NCBI GenBank assembly: GCA_964016885.1
Contig: OZ024757.1
Coordinates: 13,144,001 to 13,208,000, forward strand
Length of the DNA stretch: 64,000 nucleotides
From: Eledone cirrhosa
Taxonomy: Eukaryota
Reading direction: 5' to 3'
Numbering within the stretch: the stretch's first letter is position 1; each line of letters begins with the position of its first letter. Both the position numbers and the translations under genes were made by a program. Positions 30,273 to 42,912 of the stretch are shown here, piece by piece. The notes below the pieces were generated by a model. That model searched no databases. It saw only the letters and a program-made list of their open reading frames with translations, and was not told the DNA's origin.

Positions 30273-33200
30273 ACTTAAAACCCAACCTCAAGCCTTAGGC
30301 GTAGACTTAAACCACAACCCAAAGCTTACACTTAAGTCTTAGACATATACTTTTACTCAACACTAAGTCTTAGACATATACTTTAACTCCAACCCCAAGC
30401 GTTAGACTTAGACTTAAACCCCAACTCCAAGCCTTAGAATTAAACCCTAACCCCAAGCCTTAGACTTAAATCCCAAACCAACCCTTACACTTGGACTTAA
30501 ACCACAAATCCAAGCCTTAGACTTAGACTTAAACCCCAACCACAAGACTTAGAATTAGACTTAAACCATAACCCCAAGCCTTAGACTTAAACCCGAACCC
30601 CAAGCCTGAGACTAAGACTTAAAACCCAACCCCTTTTCTTAGTCTTAGACTTAAACCCCACCCACTAGCATTAGACTTAGACATAAACCCCAACTCCAAG
30701 CCTCAGAATTAAACCATAAACACAAGCCGTAGACTTAAACACAACACCAAGCCTTAGGGTTAGACTTAAACCCCAACCCCAACCCTTAGACATAGATTTA
30801 AACCCCAACACTAAGCCTTAGACTTAGACTTAAACCCCAACCCCAAGCCTTAGACATAGATTTAAACCCCAACACCAAAACATAGACTTACACTTAAACC
30901 TCAACCACAAGTATTAGATTTAGACTTAAAGCCAACACCAAGCATTAGACTTAAACCGTAACCCCAAGACTTAGACTTAAACTGCAACCCCAAGCCTTCG
31001 ATTTAGACTTAAACGCCAACCCAAAGCATTAGATTTAGACTTAAAACCCAACCACAAGCCTTAGATATAGATTTAAACCCCAACCCTAAGCCTTAGACTT
31101 AGACTTAAACCCCAACCCCAAGCCTTAGACCTAATCTTAAACCTCAAGACAAAGCCTTATACTTAAACTTAAACCCGAAACCCAAGACCTAGACTTAGAA
31201 TTAAACCCCAACTTCAAGCCTTAGACTTAGACTTAAAACCGAACACCAAGGCTTAGACTTGACTTAAACCCCAACCCCAATTCTTAGTCTTAGACTTAAA
31301 CCCCACCCACTAGCATTAGACTTAGACATAAGCCCAACCTCCAAGCGTTAGAATTAAATCATAACCACAAGCCGTAGACTTAAATTCAACACCAAGCCTT
31401 AGATTTAGATTTAAACCCCAATCTCAAGCCTTAGACTAAGACTTAAACCCCAACCACAAGGTTTAGAATTAGAAGTAATCCCCAACTACAAGTCTTAGAA
31501 TTATACCATAAACACAAGCCTTAGACTTAAACCACAACCCCTAGCCTTAGACTTAAACTTAAACCCCAACCCTTAAAATTAGACTTAAACATAAACCCTA
31601 ATCCCAAGCTTTAGACTTAAACCCTAACACCAAGCCTTAGACTTAGACTTAAACCCGAACTATAAGCCTTAGACTTATACTTGAACCCCAAATCCTAGCC
31701 TTAGACTTAAATTTAAACCCCAATCCAAAGCCTTAGACTTAAACCCCAACCACAAGCCTCAGACTTAGACTTAAACCCCCAACCCTTAAACTTAGACGTA
31801 AACTCAAACTTAGATTTAGACTTAAACCCTCACCCCAAACTTTAGACTTAGACGTATCCCCAACTCCAAGCCTTAGATTTAAACCCAAACAACAAGCCTT
31901 AGACTTAAATCCTAACCCCAAGCCTTAGATTAGAGTTAAACCACAAGCCTTAGACTTAGAATTTAAACCTCAATCCCAACCCTTAGACTTAAACTTAACC
32001 CCAACCATTAGCCTTAGAGGTAAACTTAAACTTAGACTTAGACTTAAACCCCAACCTCAAGCCTTAGGCGTAGACTTAAACCCCAACCCAAAGCTTACAC
32101 TTAAACCCTAGCCCCAAACTTTCGATTTAAACTCAAACCCGAACCCCAAGCCTTAGACGTGAACCCCAACGGCAAGCTTTAGACTTAGACTTAAACCCCA
32201 ACCCCAAAGGTTAGACTTAGATTTGAACCCCAACTCCTAGTCTTAGCTTAAACTTAAACCCCAACCTCAAGCCTTAGACTTAAACCCCAACCCCAAGGCT
32301 TAGACTTAGACTTAAACCCCAACCCTTAGACTTAGACTAAACCCCAACCACTAGCCTTAGAGGTAAACTTAAACTTATACTTATACTTAAAACCCAACCT
32401 CAAGCCTTAGGCGTAGACTTAAACCACAACCCAAAGCTTACACTTAAGTCTTAGACATATACTTTTACTCAACACTAAGTCTTAGACATATACTTTAACT
32501 CCAACCCCAAGCGTTAGACTTAGACTTAAACCCCAACTCCAAGCCTTAGAATTAAACCCTAACCCCAAGCCTTAGACTTAAATCCCAAACCAACCCTTAC
32601 ACTTGGACTTAAACCACAAATCCAAGCCTTAGACTTAGACTTAAACCCCAACCACAAGACTTAGAATTAGACTTAAACCATAACCCCAAGCCTTAGACTT
32701 AAACCCGAACCCCAAGCCTGAGACTAAGACTTAAAACCCAACCCCTTTTCTTAGTCTTAGACTTAAACCCCACCCACTAGCATTAGACTTAGACATAAAC
32801 CCCAACTCCAAGCCTCAGAATTAAACCATAAACACAAGCCGTAGACTTAAACACAACACCAAGCCTTAGGGTTAGACTTAAACCCCAACCCCAACCCTTA
32901 GACATAGATTTAAACCCCAACACTAAGCCTTAGACTTAGACTTAAACCCCAACCCCAAGCCTTAGACATAGATTTAAACCCCAACACCAAAACATAGACT
33001 TACACTTAAACCTCAACCACAAGTATTAGATTTAGACTTAAAGCCAACACCAAGCATTAGACTTAAACCGTAACCCCAAGACTTAGACTTAAACTGCAAC
33101 CCCAAGCCTTCGATTTAGACTTAAACGCCAACCCAAAGCATTAGATTTAGACTTAAAACCCAACCACAAGCCTTAGATATAGATTTAAACCCCAACCCTA

Positions 33201-34532
33201 AGCCTTAGACTTAGACTTAAACCCCAACCCCAAGCCTTAGACCTAATCTTAAACCTCAAGACAAAGCCTTATACTTAAACTTAAACCCGAAACCCAAGAC
33301 CTAGACTTAGAATTAAACCCCAACTTCAAGCCTTAGACTTAGACTTAAAACCGAACACCAAGGCTTAGACTTGACTTAAACCCCAACCCCAATTCTTAGT
33401 CTTAGACTTAAACCCCACCCACTAGCATTAGACTTAGACATAAGCCCAACCTCCAAGCGTTAGAATTAAATCATAACCACAAGCCGTAGACTTAAATTCA
33501 ACACCAAGCCTTAGATTTAGATTTAAACCCCAATCTCAAGCCTTAGACTAAGACTTAAACCCCAACCACAAGGTTTAGAATTAGAAGTAATCCCCAACTA
33601 CAAGTCTTAGAATTATACCATAAACACAAGCCTTAGACTTAAACCACAACCCCTAGCCTTAGACTTAAACTTAAACCCCAACCCTTAAAATTAGACTTAA
33701 ACATAAACCCTAATCCCAAGCTTTAGACTTAAACCCTAACACCAAGCCTTAGACTTAGACTTAAACCCGAACTATAAGCCTTAGACTTATACTTGAACCC
33801 CAAATCCTAGCCTTAGACTTAAATTTAAACCCCAATCCAAAGCCTTAGACTTAAACCCCAACCACAAGCCTCAGACTTAGACTTAAACCCCCAACCCTTA
33901 AACTTAGACGTAAACTCAAACTTAGATTTAGACTTAAACCCTCACCCCAAACTTTAGACTTAGACGTATCCCCAACTCCAAGCCTTAGATTTAAACCCAA
34001 ACAACAAGCCTTAGACTTAAATCCTAACCCCAAGCCTTAGATTAGAGTTAAACCACAAGCCTTAGACTTAGAATTTAAACCTCAATCCCAACCCTTAGAC
34101 TTAAACTTAACCCCAACCATTAGCCTTAGAGGTAAACTTAAACTTAGACTTAGACTTAAACCCCAACCTCAAGCCTTAGGCGTAGACTTAAACCCCAACC
34201 CAAAGCTTACACTTAAACCCTAGCCCCAAACTTTCGATTTAAACTCAAACCCGAACCCCAAGCCTTAGACGTGAACCCCAACGGCAAGCTTTAGACTTAG
34301 ACTTAAACCCCAACCCCAAAGGTTAGACTTAGATTTGAACCCCAACTCCTAGTCTTAGCTTAAACTTAAACCCCAACCTCAAGCCTTAGACTTAAACCCC
34401 AACCCCAAGGCTTAGACTTAGACTTAAACCCCAACCCTTAGACTTAGACTAAACCCCAACCACTAGCCTTAGAGGTAAACTTAAACTTATACTTATACTT
34501 AAAACCCAACCTCAAGCCTTAGGCGTAGACTT
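30273..34532 (+). repeat. Nested tandem duplication, 2 x 2112 bp (first 6050 unit)
   Basis: ACTTAAAACCCAACCTCAAGCCTTAGGCGTAGACTT occurs at 30273, 32385 and 34497. Identical ORFs sit at 31739 and 33851. Confidence 0.96.
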
Positions 34533-36322
34533 GAATCCCAAGCCAAAGCTTAAAATTAAACCCTAACCCCAAACCTTCGATTTAAACTCAAACCCCATCA
34601 CCAAGCCTTAGACGTGAACCCCAACGGCAAGCTTTAGACTTAGACTTAAACTCCAACCCCAAAGGTTAGACTTAGATTTGAACCGCAACTCCTAGTCTTA
34701 GACTTAAACTTAAACCCCAACCCCAAGCCTTAGACTTAAACCCCAATCCCAAGCCTCAGACCTAGACTTAAAACCCAACGCTTAGACGTAGACGTAAACT
34801 TAAACTTAGACTTAGACGTAAACCCCAACTCCAAGCCTTAGATTTCAACCCAAACCACAAGCGTTATATTTAAACCCCAACCCCAAGCCTTATATTTAGA
34901 CTTAAACCACAAGCCTTAGACTTAGAATTTAAACCCCAATCCCAATCCTGAGACGTAAAGTTAAACCCTAACCCCAAGCCTTAGACTTAAATCCTAAACC
35001 AACCCTTAGACTTAGACTTGAACCCCAACCACAAGACATAGACTTAGATTTAAACCCGAACCCCAAACCTTAGGCTTAAACCCCAACCACAAGTCTTAGA
35101 CTTTGATTTAAACCCGAACCCCAAGCCTAAGACTTAAACCACAACCACAAGCCTTAGACTTAGACTTAAACCCCAACCCCAATTCTTAGAGTTAGACTTA
35201 AACCCCAACACCAACCCTTAGGCATAGATTTAAACCCCAACCCCAAATCATAGACTTAGACTTAAACCTCAACCACTAGCATTAGACTTAGACTTAAAGC
35301 CAACACCAAGCCTTTAACTTTGAATTAAACCCAAAACCATAGCCTTAGACATAGACCTAAATCCAACACCAAGCCTTACACATAGACTTAAACCCCAACC
35401 ACAAGCCTTACACTTAGACTTAAACATAAACCCCAAGTCTTAGACTTACATTTAAACACCAACCCCAATCCTCAGACTTAGACTTAAACCCGAACCCCAA
35501 GCATTAGAATTTGACTTAAACCCCAAACCCAAGTCTTAGACCTAGACTTAAACCCCAACCCCAAGCCTTAGTCTTAGACTTAAACGCAAACTCCAAGCCT
35601 TAGACTTAAAATTAAATCCAAACACCAAGGCTTAGACTTAGATTTAAACAAACAAACCCAAGCCTTACACATAGACTTAAACCCGAACCCCAAGCCTTAG
35701 ATTTAAACCCATCCCCAAGCCTTAGACTTAGACATAAACGCAAACCCAAAGGTTTAGACTTAGACTTAAACCCCAACCCCCAGCCTTAGACTTAGACTTA
35801 GACTTAAACCCCAACCCTAAGCCTTAGACTTTAACCCCAACTGCAAGCTTTATACTTAGACTTAAATCCCAACCCCAAAGGTTAGACTTAGATTTGAACC
35901 TCAACTCCTAGCCTTAGACTTAAACCCGAACCCTAAGTCTTAGACTTAAACCCCATCCCCAAGCCTTAGACTTAGACATAAAAGCCAAGCCAAAAGCGTT
36001 AGAATTAAATAATAACCACAAGCCGTAGACTTAAACCACAACCCCTAGTCTTAGATGTAAACTTAAACCCCAACCCTTAAACTTAGACTTAAACATAAAC
36101 CCTAACCTCAAGCTTTAGACATAAAACCCAACACTAAGCCTTAGACTTAGTCTTAAATCCCAACTATAAGCCTTAGACTTATACTTGAACCCCAAATCCT
36201 AGCCTTAGACTTAAACTTAAACCCCAATCCAAAGACTTAGACTTAAACCCCAACCACAAGCCTCAGACTTAGACTTAAACCCCAACCCTTAGACTTAGAC
36301 GTAAACTAAAACTTAGACTTAG

Positions 36323-39300
36323 ACTTAAAACCCAACCTCAAGCCTTAGGCGTAGACTTAAACCACAACCCAAAGCTTACACTTAAGTCTTAGACATATAC
36401 TTTTACTCAACACTAAGTCTTAGACATATACTTTAACTCCAACCCCAAGCGTTAGACTTAGACTTAAACCCCAACTCCAAGCCTTAGAATTAAACCCTAA
36501 CCCCAAGCCTTAGACTTAAATCCCAAACCAACCCTTACACTTGGACTTAAACCACAAATCCAAGCCTTAGACTTAGACTTAAACCCCAACCACAAGACTT
36601 AGAATTAGACTTAAACCATAACCCCAAGCCTTAGACTTAAACCCGAACCCCAAGCCTGAGACTAAGACTTAAAACCCAACCCCTTTTCTTAGTCTTAGAC
36701 TTAAACCCCACCCACTAGCATTAGACTTAGACATAAACCCCAACTCCAAGCCTCAGAATTAAACCATAAACACAAGCCGTAGACTTAAACACAACACCAA
36801 GCCTTAGGGTTAGACTTAAACCCCAACCCCAACCCTTAGACATAGATTTAAACCCCAACACTAAGCCTTAGACTTAGACTTAAACCCCAACCCCAAGCCT
36901 TAGACATAGATTTAAACCCCAACACCAAAACATAGACTTACACTTAAACCTCAACCACAAGTATTAGATTTAGACTTAAAGCCAACACCAAGCATTAGAC
37001 TTAAACCGTAACCCCAAGACTTAGACTTAAACTGCAACCCCAAGCCTTCGATTTAGACTTAAACGCCAACCCAAAGCATTAGATTTAGACTTAAAACCCA
37101 ACCACAAGCCTTAGATATAGATTTAAACCCCAACCCTAAGCCTTAGACTTAGACTTAAACCCCAACCCCAAGCCTTAGACCTAATCTTAAACCTCAAGAC
37201 AAAGCCTTATACTTAAACTTAAACCCGAAACCCAAGACCTAGACTTAGAATTAAACCCCAACTTCAAGCCTTAGACTTAGACTTAAAACCGAACACCAAG
37301 GCTTAGACTTGACTTAAACCCCAACCCCAATTCTTAGTCTTAGACTTAAACCCCACCCACTAGCATTAGACTTAGACATAAGCCCAACCTCCAAGCGTTA
37401 GAATTAAATCATAACCACAAGCCGTAGACTTAAATTCAACACCAAGCCTTAGATTTAGATTTAAACCCCAATCTCAAGCCTTAGACTAAGACTTAAACCC
37501 CAACCACAAGGTTTAGAATTAGAAGTAATCCCCAACTACAAGTCTTAGAATTATACCATAAACACAAGCCTTAGACTTAAACCACAACCCCTAGCCTTAG
37601 ACTTAAACTTAAACCCCAACCCTTAAAATTAGACTTAAACATAAACCCTAATCCCAAGCTTTAGACTTAAACCCTAACACCAAGCCTTAGACTTAGACTT
37701 AAACCCGAACTATAAGCCTTAGACTTATACTTGAACCCCAAATCCTAGCCTTAGACTTAAATTTAAACCCCAATCCAAAGCCTTAGACTTAAACCCCAAC
37801 CACAAGCCTCAGACTTAGACTTAAACCCCCAACCCTTAAACTTAGACGTAAACTCAAACTTAGATTTAGACTTAAACCCTCACCCCAAACTTTAGACTTA
37901 GACGTATCCCCAACTCCAAGCCTTAGATTTAAACCCAAACAACAAGCCTTAGACTTAAATCCTAACCCCAAGCCTTAGATTAGAGTTAAACCACAAGCCT
38001 TAGACTTAGAATTTAAACCTCAATCCCAACCCTTAGACTTAAACTTAACCCCAACCATTAGCCTTAGAGGTAAACTTAAACTTAGACTTAGACTTAAACC
38101 CCAACCTCAAGCCTTAGGCGTAGACTTAAACCCCAACCCAAAGCTTACACTTAAACCCTAGCCCCAAACTTTCGATTTAAACTCAAACCCGAACCCCAAG
38201 CCTTAGACGTGAACCCCAACGGCAAGCTTTAGACTTAGACTTAAACCCCAACCCCAAAGGTTAGACTTAGATTTGAACCCCAACTCCTAGTCTTAGCTTA
38301 AACTTAAACCCCAACCTCAAGCCTTAGACTTAAACCCCAACCCCAAGGCTTAGACTTAGACTTAAACCCCAACCCTTAGACTTAGACTAAACCCCAACCA
38401 CTAGCCTTAGAGGTAAACTTAAACTTATACTTATACTTAAAACCCAACCTCAAGCCTTAGGCGTAGACTTAAACCACAACCCAAAGCTTACACTTAAGTC
38501 TTAGACATATACTTTTACTCAACACTAAGTCTTAGACATATACTTTAACTCCAACCCCAAGCGTTAGACTTAGACTTAAACCCCAACTCCAAGCCTTAGA
38601 ATTAAACCCTAACCCCAAGCCTTAGACTTAAATCCCAAACCAACCCTTACACTTGGACTTAAACCACAAATCCAAGCCTTAGACTTAGACTTAAACCCCA
38701 ACCACAAGACTTAGAATTAGACTTAAACCATAACCCCAAGCCTTAGACTTAAACCCGAACCCCAAGCCTGAGACTAAGACTTAAAACCCAACCCCTTTTC
38801 TTAGTCTTAGACTTAAACCCCACCCACTAGCATTAGACTTAGACATAAACCCCAACTCCAAGCCTCAGAATTAAACCATAAACACAAGCCGTAGACTTAA
38901 ACACAACACCAAGCCTTAGGGTTAGACTTAAACCCCAACCCCAACCCTTAGACATAGATTTAAACCCCAACACTAAGCCTTAGACTTAGACTTAAACCCC
39001 AACCCCAAGCCTTAGACATAGATTTAAACCCCAACACCAAAACATAGACTTACACTTAAACCTCAACCACAAGTATTAGATTTAGACTTAAAGCCAACAC
39101 CAAGCATTAGACTTAAACCGTAACCCCAAGACTTAGACTTAAACTGCAACCCCAAGCCTTCGATTTAGACTTAAACGCCAACCCAAAGCATTAGATTTAG
39201 ACTTAAAACCCAACCACAAGCCTTAGATATAGATTTAAACCCCAACCCTAAGCCTTAGACTTAGACTTAAACCCCAACCCCAAGCCTTAGACCTAATCTT

Positions 39301-40582
39301 AAACCTCAAGACAAAGCCTTATACTTAAACTTAAACCCGAAACCCAAGACCTAGACTTAGAATTAAACCCCAACTTCAAGCCTTAGACTTAGACTTAAAA
39401 CCGAACACCAAGGCTTAGACTTGACTTAAACCCCAACCCCAATTCTTAGTCTTAGACTTAAACCCCACCCACTAGCATTAGACTTAGACATAAGCCCAAC
39501 CTCCAAGCGTTAGAATTAAATCATAACCACAAGCCGTAGACTTAAATTCAACACCAAGCCTTAGATTTAGATTTAAACCCCAATCTCAAGCCTTAGACTA
39601 AGACTTAAACCCCAACCACAAGGTTTAGAATTAGAAGTAATCCCCAACTACAAGTCTTAGAATTATACCATAAACACAAGCCTTAGACTTAAACCACAAC
39701 CCCTAGCCTTAGACTTAAACTTAAACCCCAACCCTTAAAATTAGACTTAAACATAAACCCTAATCCCAAGCTTTAGACTTAAACCCTAACACCAAGCCTT
39801 AGACTTAGACTTAAACCCGAACTATAAGCCTTAGACTTATACTTGAACCCCAAATCCTAGCCTTAGACTTAAATTTAAACCCCAATCCAAAGCCTTAGAC
39901 TTAAACCCCAACCACAAGCCTCAGACTTAGACTTAAACCCCCAACCCTTAAACTTAGACGTAAACTCAAACTTAGATTTAGACTTAAACCCTCACCCCAA
40001 ACTTTAGACTTAGACGTATCCCCAACTCCAAGCCTTAGATTTAAACCCAAACAACAAGCCTTAGACTTAAATCCTAACCCCAAGCCTTAGATTAGAGTTA
40101 AACCACAAGCCTTAGACTTAGAATTTAAACCTCAATCCCAACCCTTAGACTTAAACTTAACCCCAACCATTAGCCTTAGAGGTAAACTTAAACTTAGACT
40201 TAGACTTAAACCCCAACCTCAAGCCTTAGGCGTAGACTTAAACCCCAACCCAAAGCTTACACTTAAACCCTAGCCCCAAACTTTCGATTTAAACTCAAAC
40301 CCGAACCCCAAGCCTTAGACGTGAACCCCAACGGCAAGCTTTAGACTTAGACTTAAACCCCAACCCCAAAGGTTAGACTTAGATTTGAACCCCAACTCCT
40401 AGTCTTAGCTTAAACTTAAACCCCAACCTCAAGCCTTAGACTTAAACCCCAACCCCAAGGCTTAGACTTAGACTTAAACCCCAACCCTTAGACTTAGACT
40501 AAACCCCAACCACTAGCCTTAGAGGTAAACTTAAACTTATACTTATACTTAAAACCCAACCTCAAGCCTTAGGCGTAGACTT
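36323..40582 (+). repeat. Nested tandem duplication, 2 x 2112 bp (second 6050 unit)
   Basis: Same structure shifted by 6050. Identical ORFs sit at 37789 and 39901. Confidence 0.96.
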
Positions 40583-41974
40583 GAATCCCAAGCCAAAGCT
40601 TAAAATTAAACCCTAACCCCAAACCTTCGATTTAAACTCAAACCCCATCACCAAGCCTTAGACGTGAACCCCAACGGCAAGCTTTAGACTTAGACTTAAA
40701 CTCCAACCCCAAAGGTTAGACTTAGATTTGAACCGCAACTCCTAGTCTTAGACTTAAACTTAAACCCCAACCCCAAGCCTTAGACTTAAACCCCAATCCC
40801 AAGCCTCAGACCTAGACTTAAAACCCAACGCTTAGACGTAGACGTAAACTTAAACTTAGACTTAGACGTAAACCCCAACTCCAAGCCTTAGATTTCAACC
40901 CAAACCACAAGCGTTATATTTAAACCCCAACCCCAAGCCTTATATTTAGACTTAAACCACAAGCCTTAGACTTAGAATTTAAACCCCAATCCCAATCCTG
41001 AGACGTAAAGTTAAACCCTAACCCCAAGCCTTAGACTTAAATCCTAAACCAACCCTTAGACTTAGACTTGAACCCCAACCACAAGACATAGACTTAGATT
41101 TAAACCCGAACCCCAAACCTTAGGCTTAAACCCCAACCACAAGTCTTAGACTTTGATTTAAACCCGAACCCCAAGCCTAAGACTTAAACCACAACCACAA
41201 GCCTTAGACTTAGACTTAAACCCCAACCCCAATTCTTAGAGTTAGACTTAAACCCCAACACCAACCCTTAGGCATAGATTTAAACCCCAACCCCAAATCA
41301 TAGACTTAGACTTAAACCTCAACCACTAGCATTAGACTTAGACTTAAAGCCAACACCAAGCCTTTAACTTTGAATTAAACCCAAAACCATAGCCTTAGAC
41401 ATAGACCTAAATCCAACACCAAGCCTTACACATAGACTTAAACCCCAACCACAAGCCTTACACTTAGACTTAAACATAAACCCCAAGTCTTAGACTTACA
41501 TTTAAACACCAACCCCAATCCTCAGACTTAGACTTAAACCCGAACCCCAAGCATTAGAATTTGACTTAAACCCCAAACCCAAGTCTTAGACCTAGACTTA
41601 AACCCCAACCCCAAGCCTTAGTCTTAGACTTAAACGCAAACTCCAAGCCTTAGACTTAAAATTAAATCCAAACACCAAGGCTTAGACTTAGATTTAAACA
41701 AACAAACCCAAGCCTTACACATAGACTTAAACCCGAACCCCAAGCCTTAGATTTAAACCCATCCCCAAGCCTTAGACTTAGACATAAACGCAAACCCAAA
41801 GGTTTAGACTTAGACTTAAACCCCAACCCCCAGCCTTAGACTTAGACTTAGACTTAAACCCCAACCCTTAGGCTTAGACTAAATCCCAACCACTAGCCTT
41901 AGGCATAAACTTAAATTTAGACTTAGACTTAAACCCCAACCTCAAGCCTTAGGCGTAGACTTAAACCCCAACCC

Positions 41975-42912
41975 AAGTCTTAGACTTAGACTTAAACCGA
42001 AACCCCAAGCCTTAGACCTAGACTTAAACACCAACCCCAATTCTTAGTCTTAGACTTAAACCCCACCCACTAGCATTAGACTTACACATAAACCCCAACT
42101 CCAAGCCTTAGAATTAAAGCATAACCACAAGCCGTAGACTTAAACCCAACACCAAGCCTTAGAGTTAGACTTAAATCCCAACCCCAACCCTTAGACATAG
42201 ATTTAAAGCCCATCCCTAAGCCTTAGACATAGTCTTATACCCAAACACTAACCCCAAGCCTTCGATTTAAACTCAAACCCCAACACCAAGCCTTAGAAGT
42301 GAGCCCCAACGGCAAGCTTTAGACATGGACTTAAACCTCAACCCCAAAGGTTAGACTTAGATTTGAACCCCAACTCCTAGTCTTAGACTTAAACTTAAAC
42401 CCCAACCCCAAGCCTTAGATTAGACTTAAACCACAAGCCTTAGACTTAGAATTTAAACCCCAATCCCAATCCTGAGACTTAAACTTAAATCCTAACCCCA
42501 AGCCTTAGACTTAAATCCTAAACCAACCCTTAGACTTAGACTTAAACGACAAACCCAAGCCTTAGACTTAGACTTACACCCCAACCACAAGCCTTAGACT
42601 TAGATTTAAACACGAACCCCAAACCTTAGACTTAAACCCCAACCACAAGTCTTAGACTTAGACTTAAACCGAAACCCCAAGCCTTAGATCTAGACTTAAA
42701 CACCAACCCCAATTCTTAGTCTTAGACTTAAACCCCACCCACTAGCATTAGACTTACACATAAACCCCAACTCCAAGCCTTAGAATTAAAGCATAACCAC
42801 AAGCCGTAGACTTAAACCCAACACCAAGCCTTAGATTTAGACTTAAATCCCAACCCCAACATTTAGACATAGATTTAAAGCCCATCCTTAAGCCTTAGAC
42901 ATAGTCTTATAT
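41975..42912 (+). repeat. ~265-bp direct repeat at 672-bp spacing, with a related copy at ~57510-57950
   Basis: CCCCACCCACTAGCATTAGACTTACACATA...TTAAAGCATAACC...ACATAGTCTTATA occurs at 42061 and 42733. The same markers occur at 57550-57720. Confidence 0.8.

Larger units (their letters stand above)
29747..41868 (+). repeat. Higher-order tandem duplication, 2 x 6050 bp
   Basis: CCAACCCTAAGCCTTAGACTTTAACCCCAACTGCAAG occurs at 29761 and 35811. Identical ORFs sit at 31739/37789 and 33851/39901 (+6050). Identity ends at 41868. Confidence 0.96.

Noticed and set aside
30273-32384. 2112 = exactly 66 x 32
   Set aside because: The unit contains many non-32-bp monomers, so the exact multiple is likely coincidence; 1884 and 6050 are not multiples of 32.
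31739-40083. Four identical 60-aa ORFs resembling a gene family
   Set aside because: Their identity simply reflects the 2112/6050 duplications; they are useful only as positional markers.
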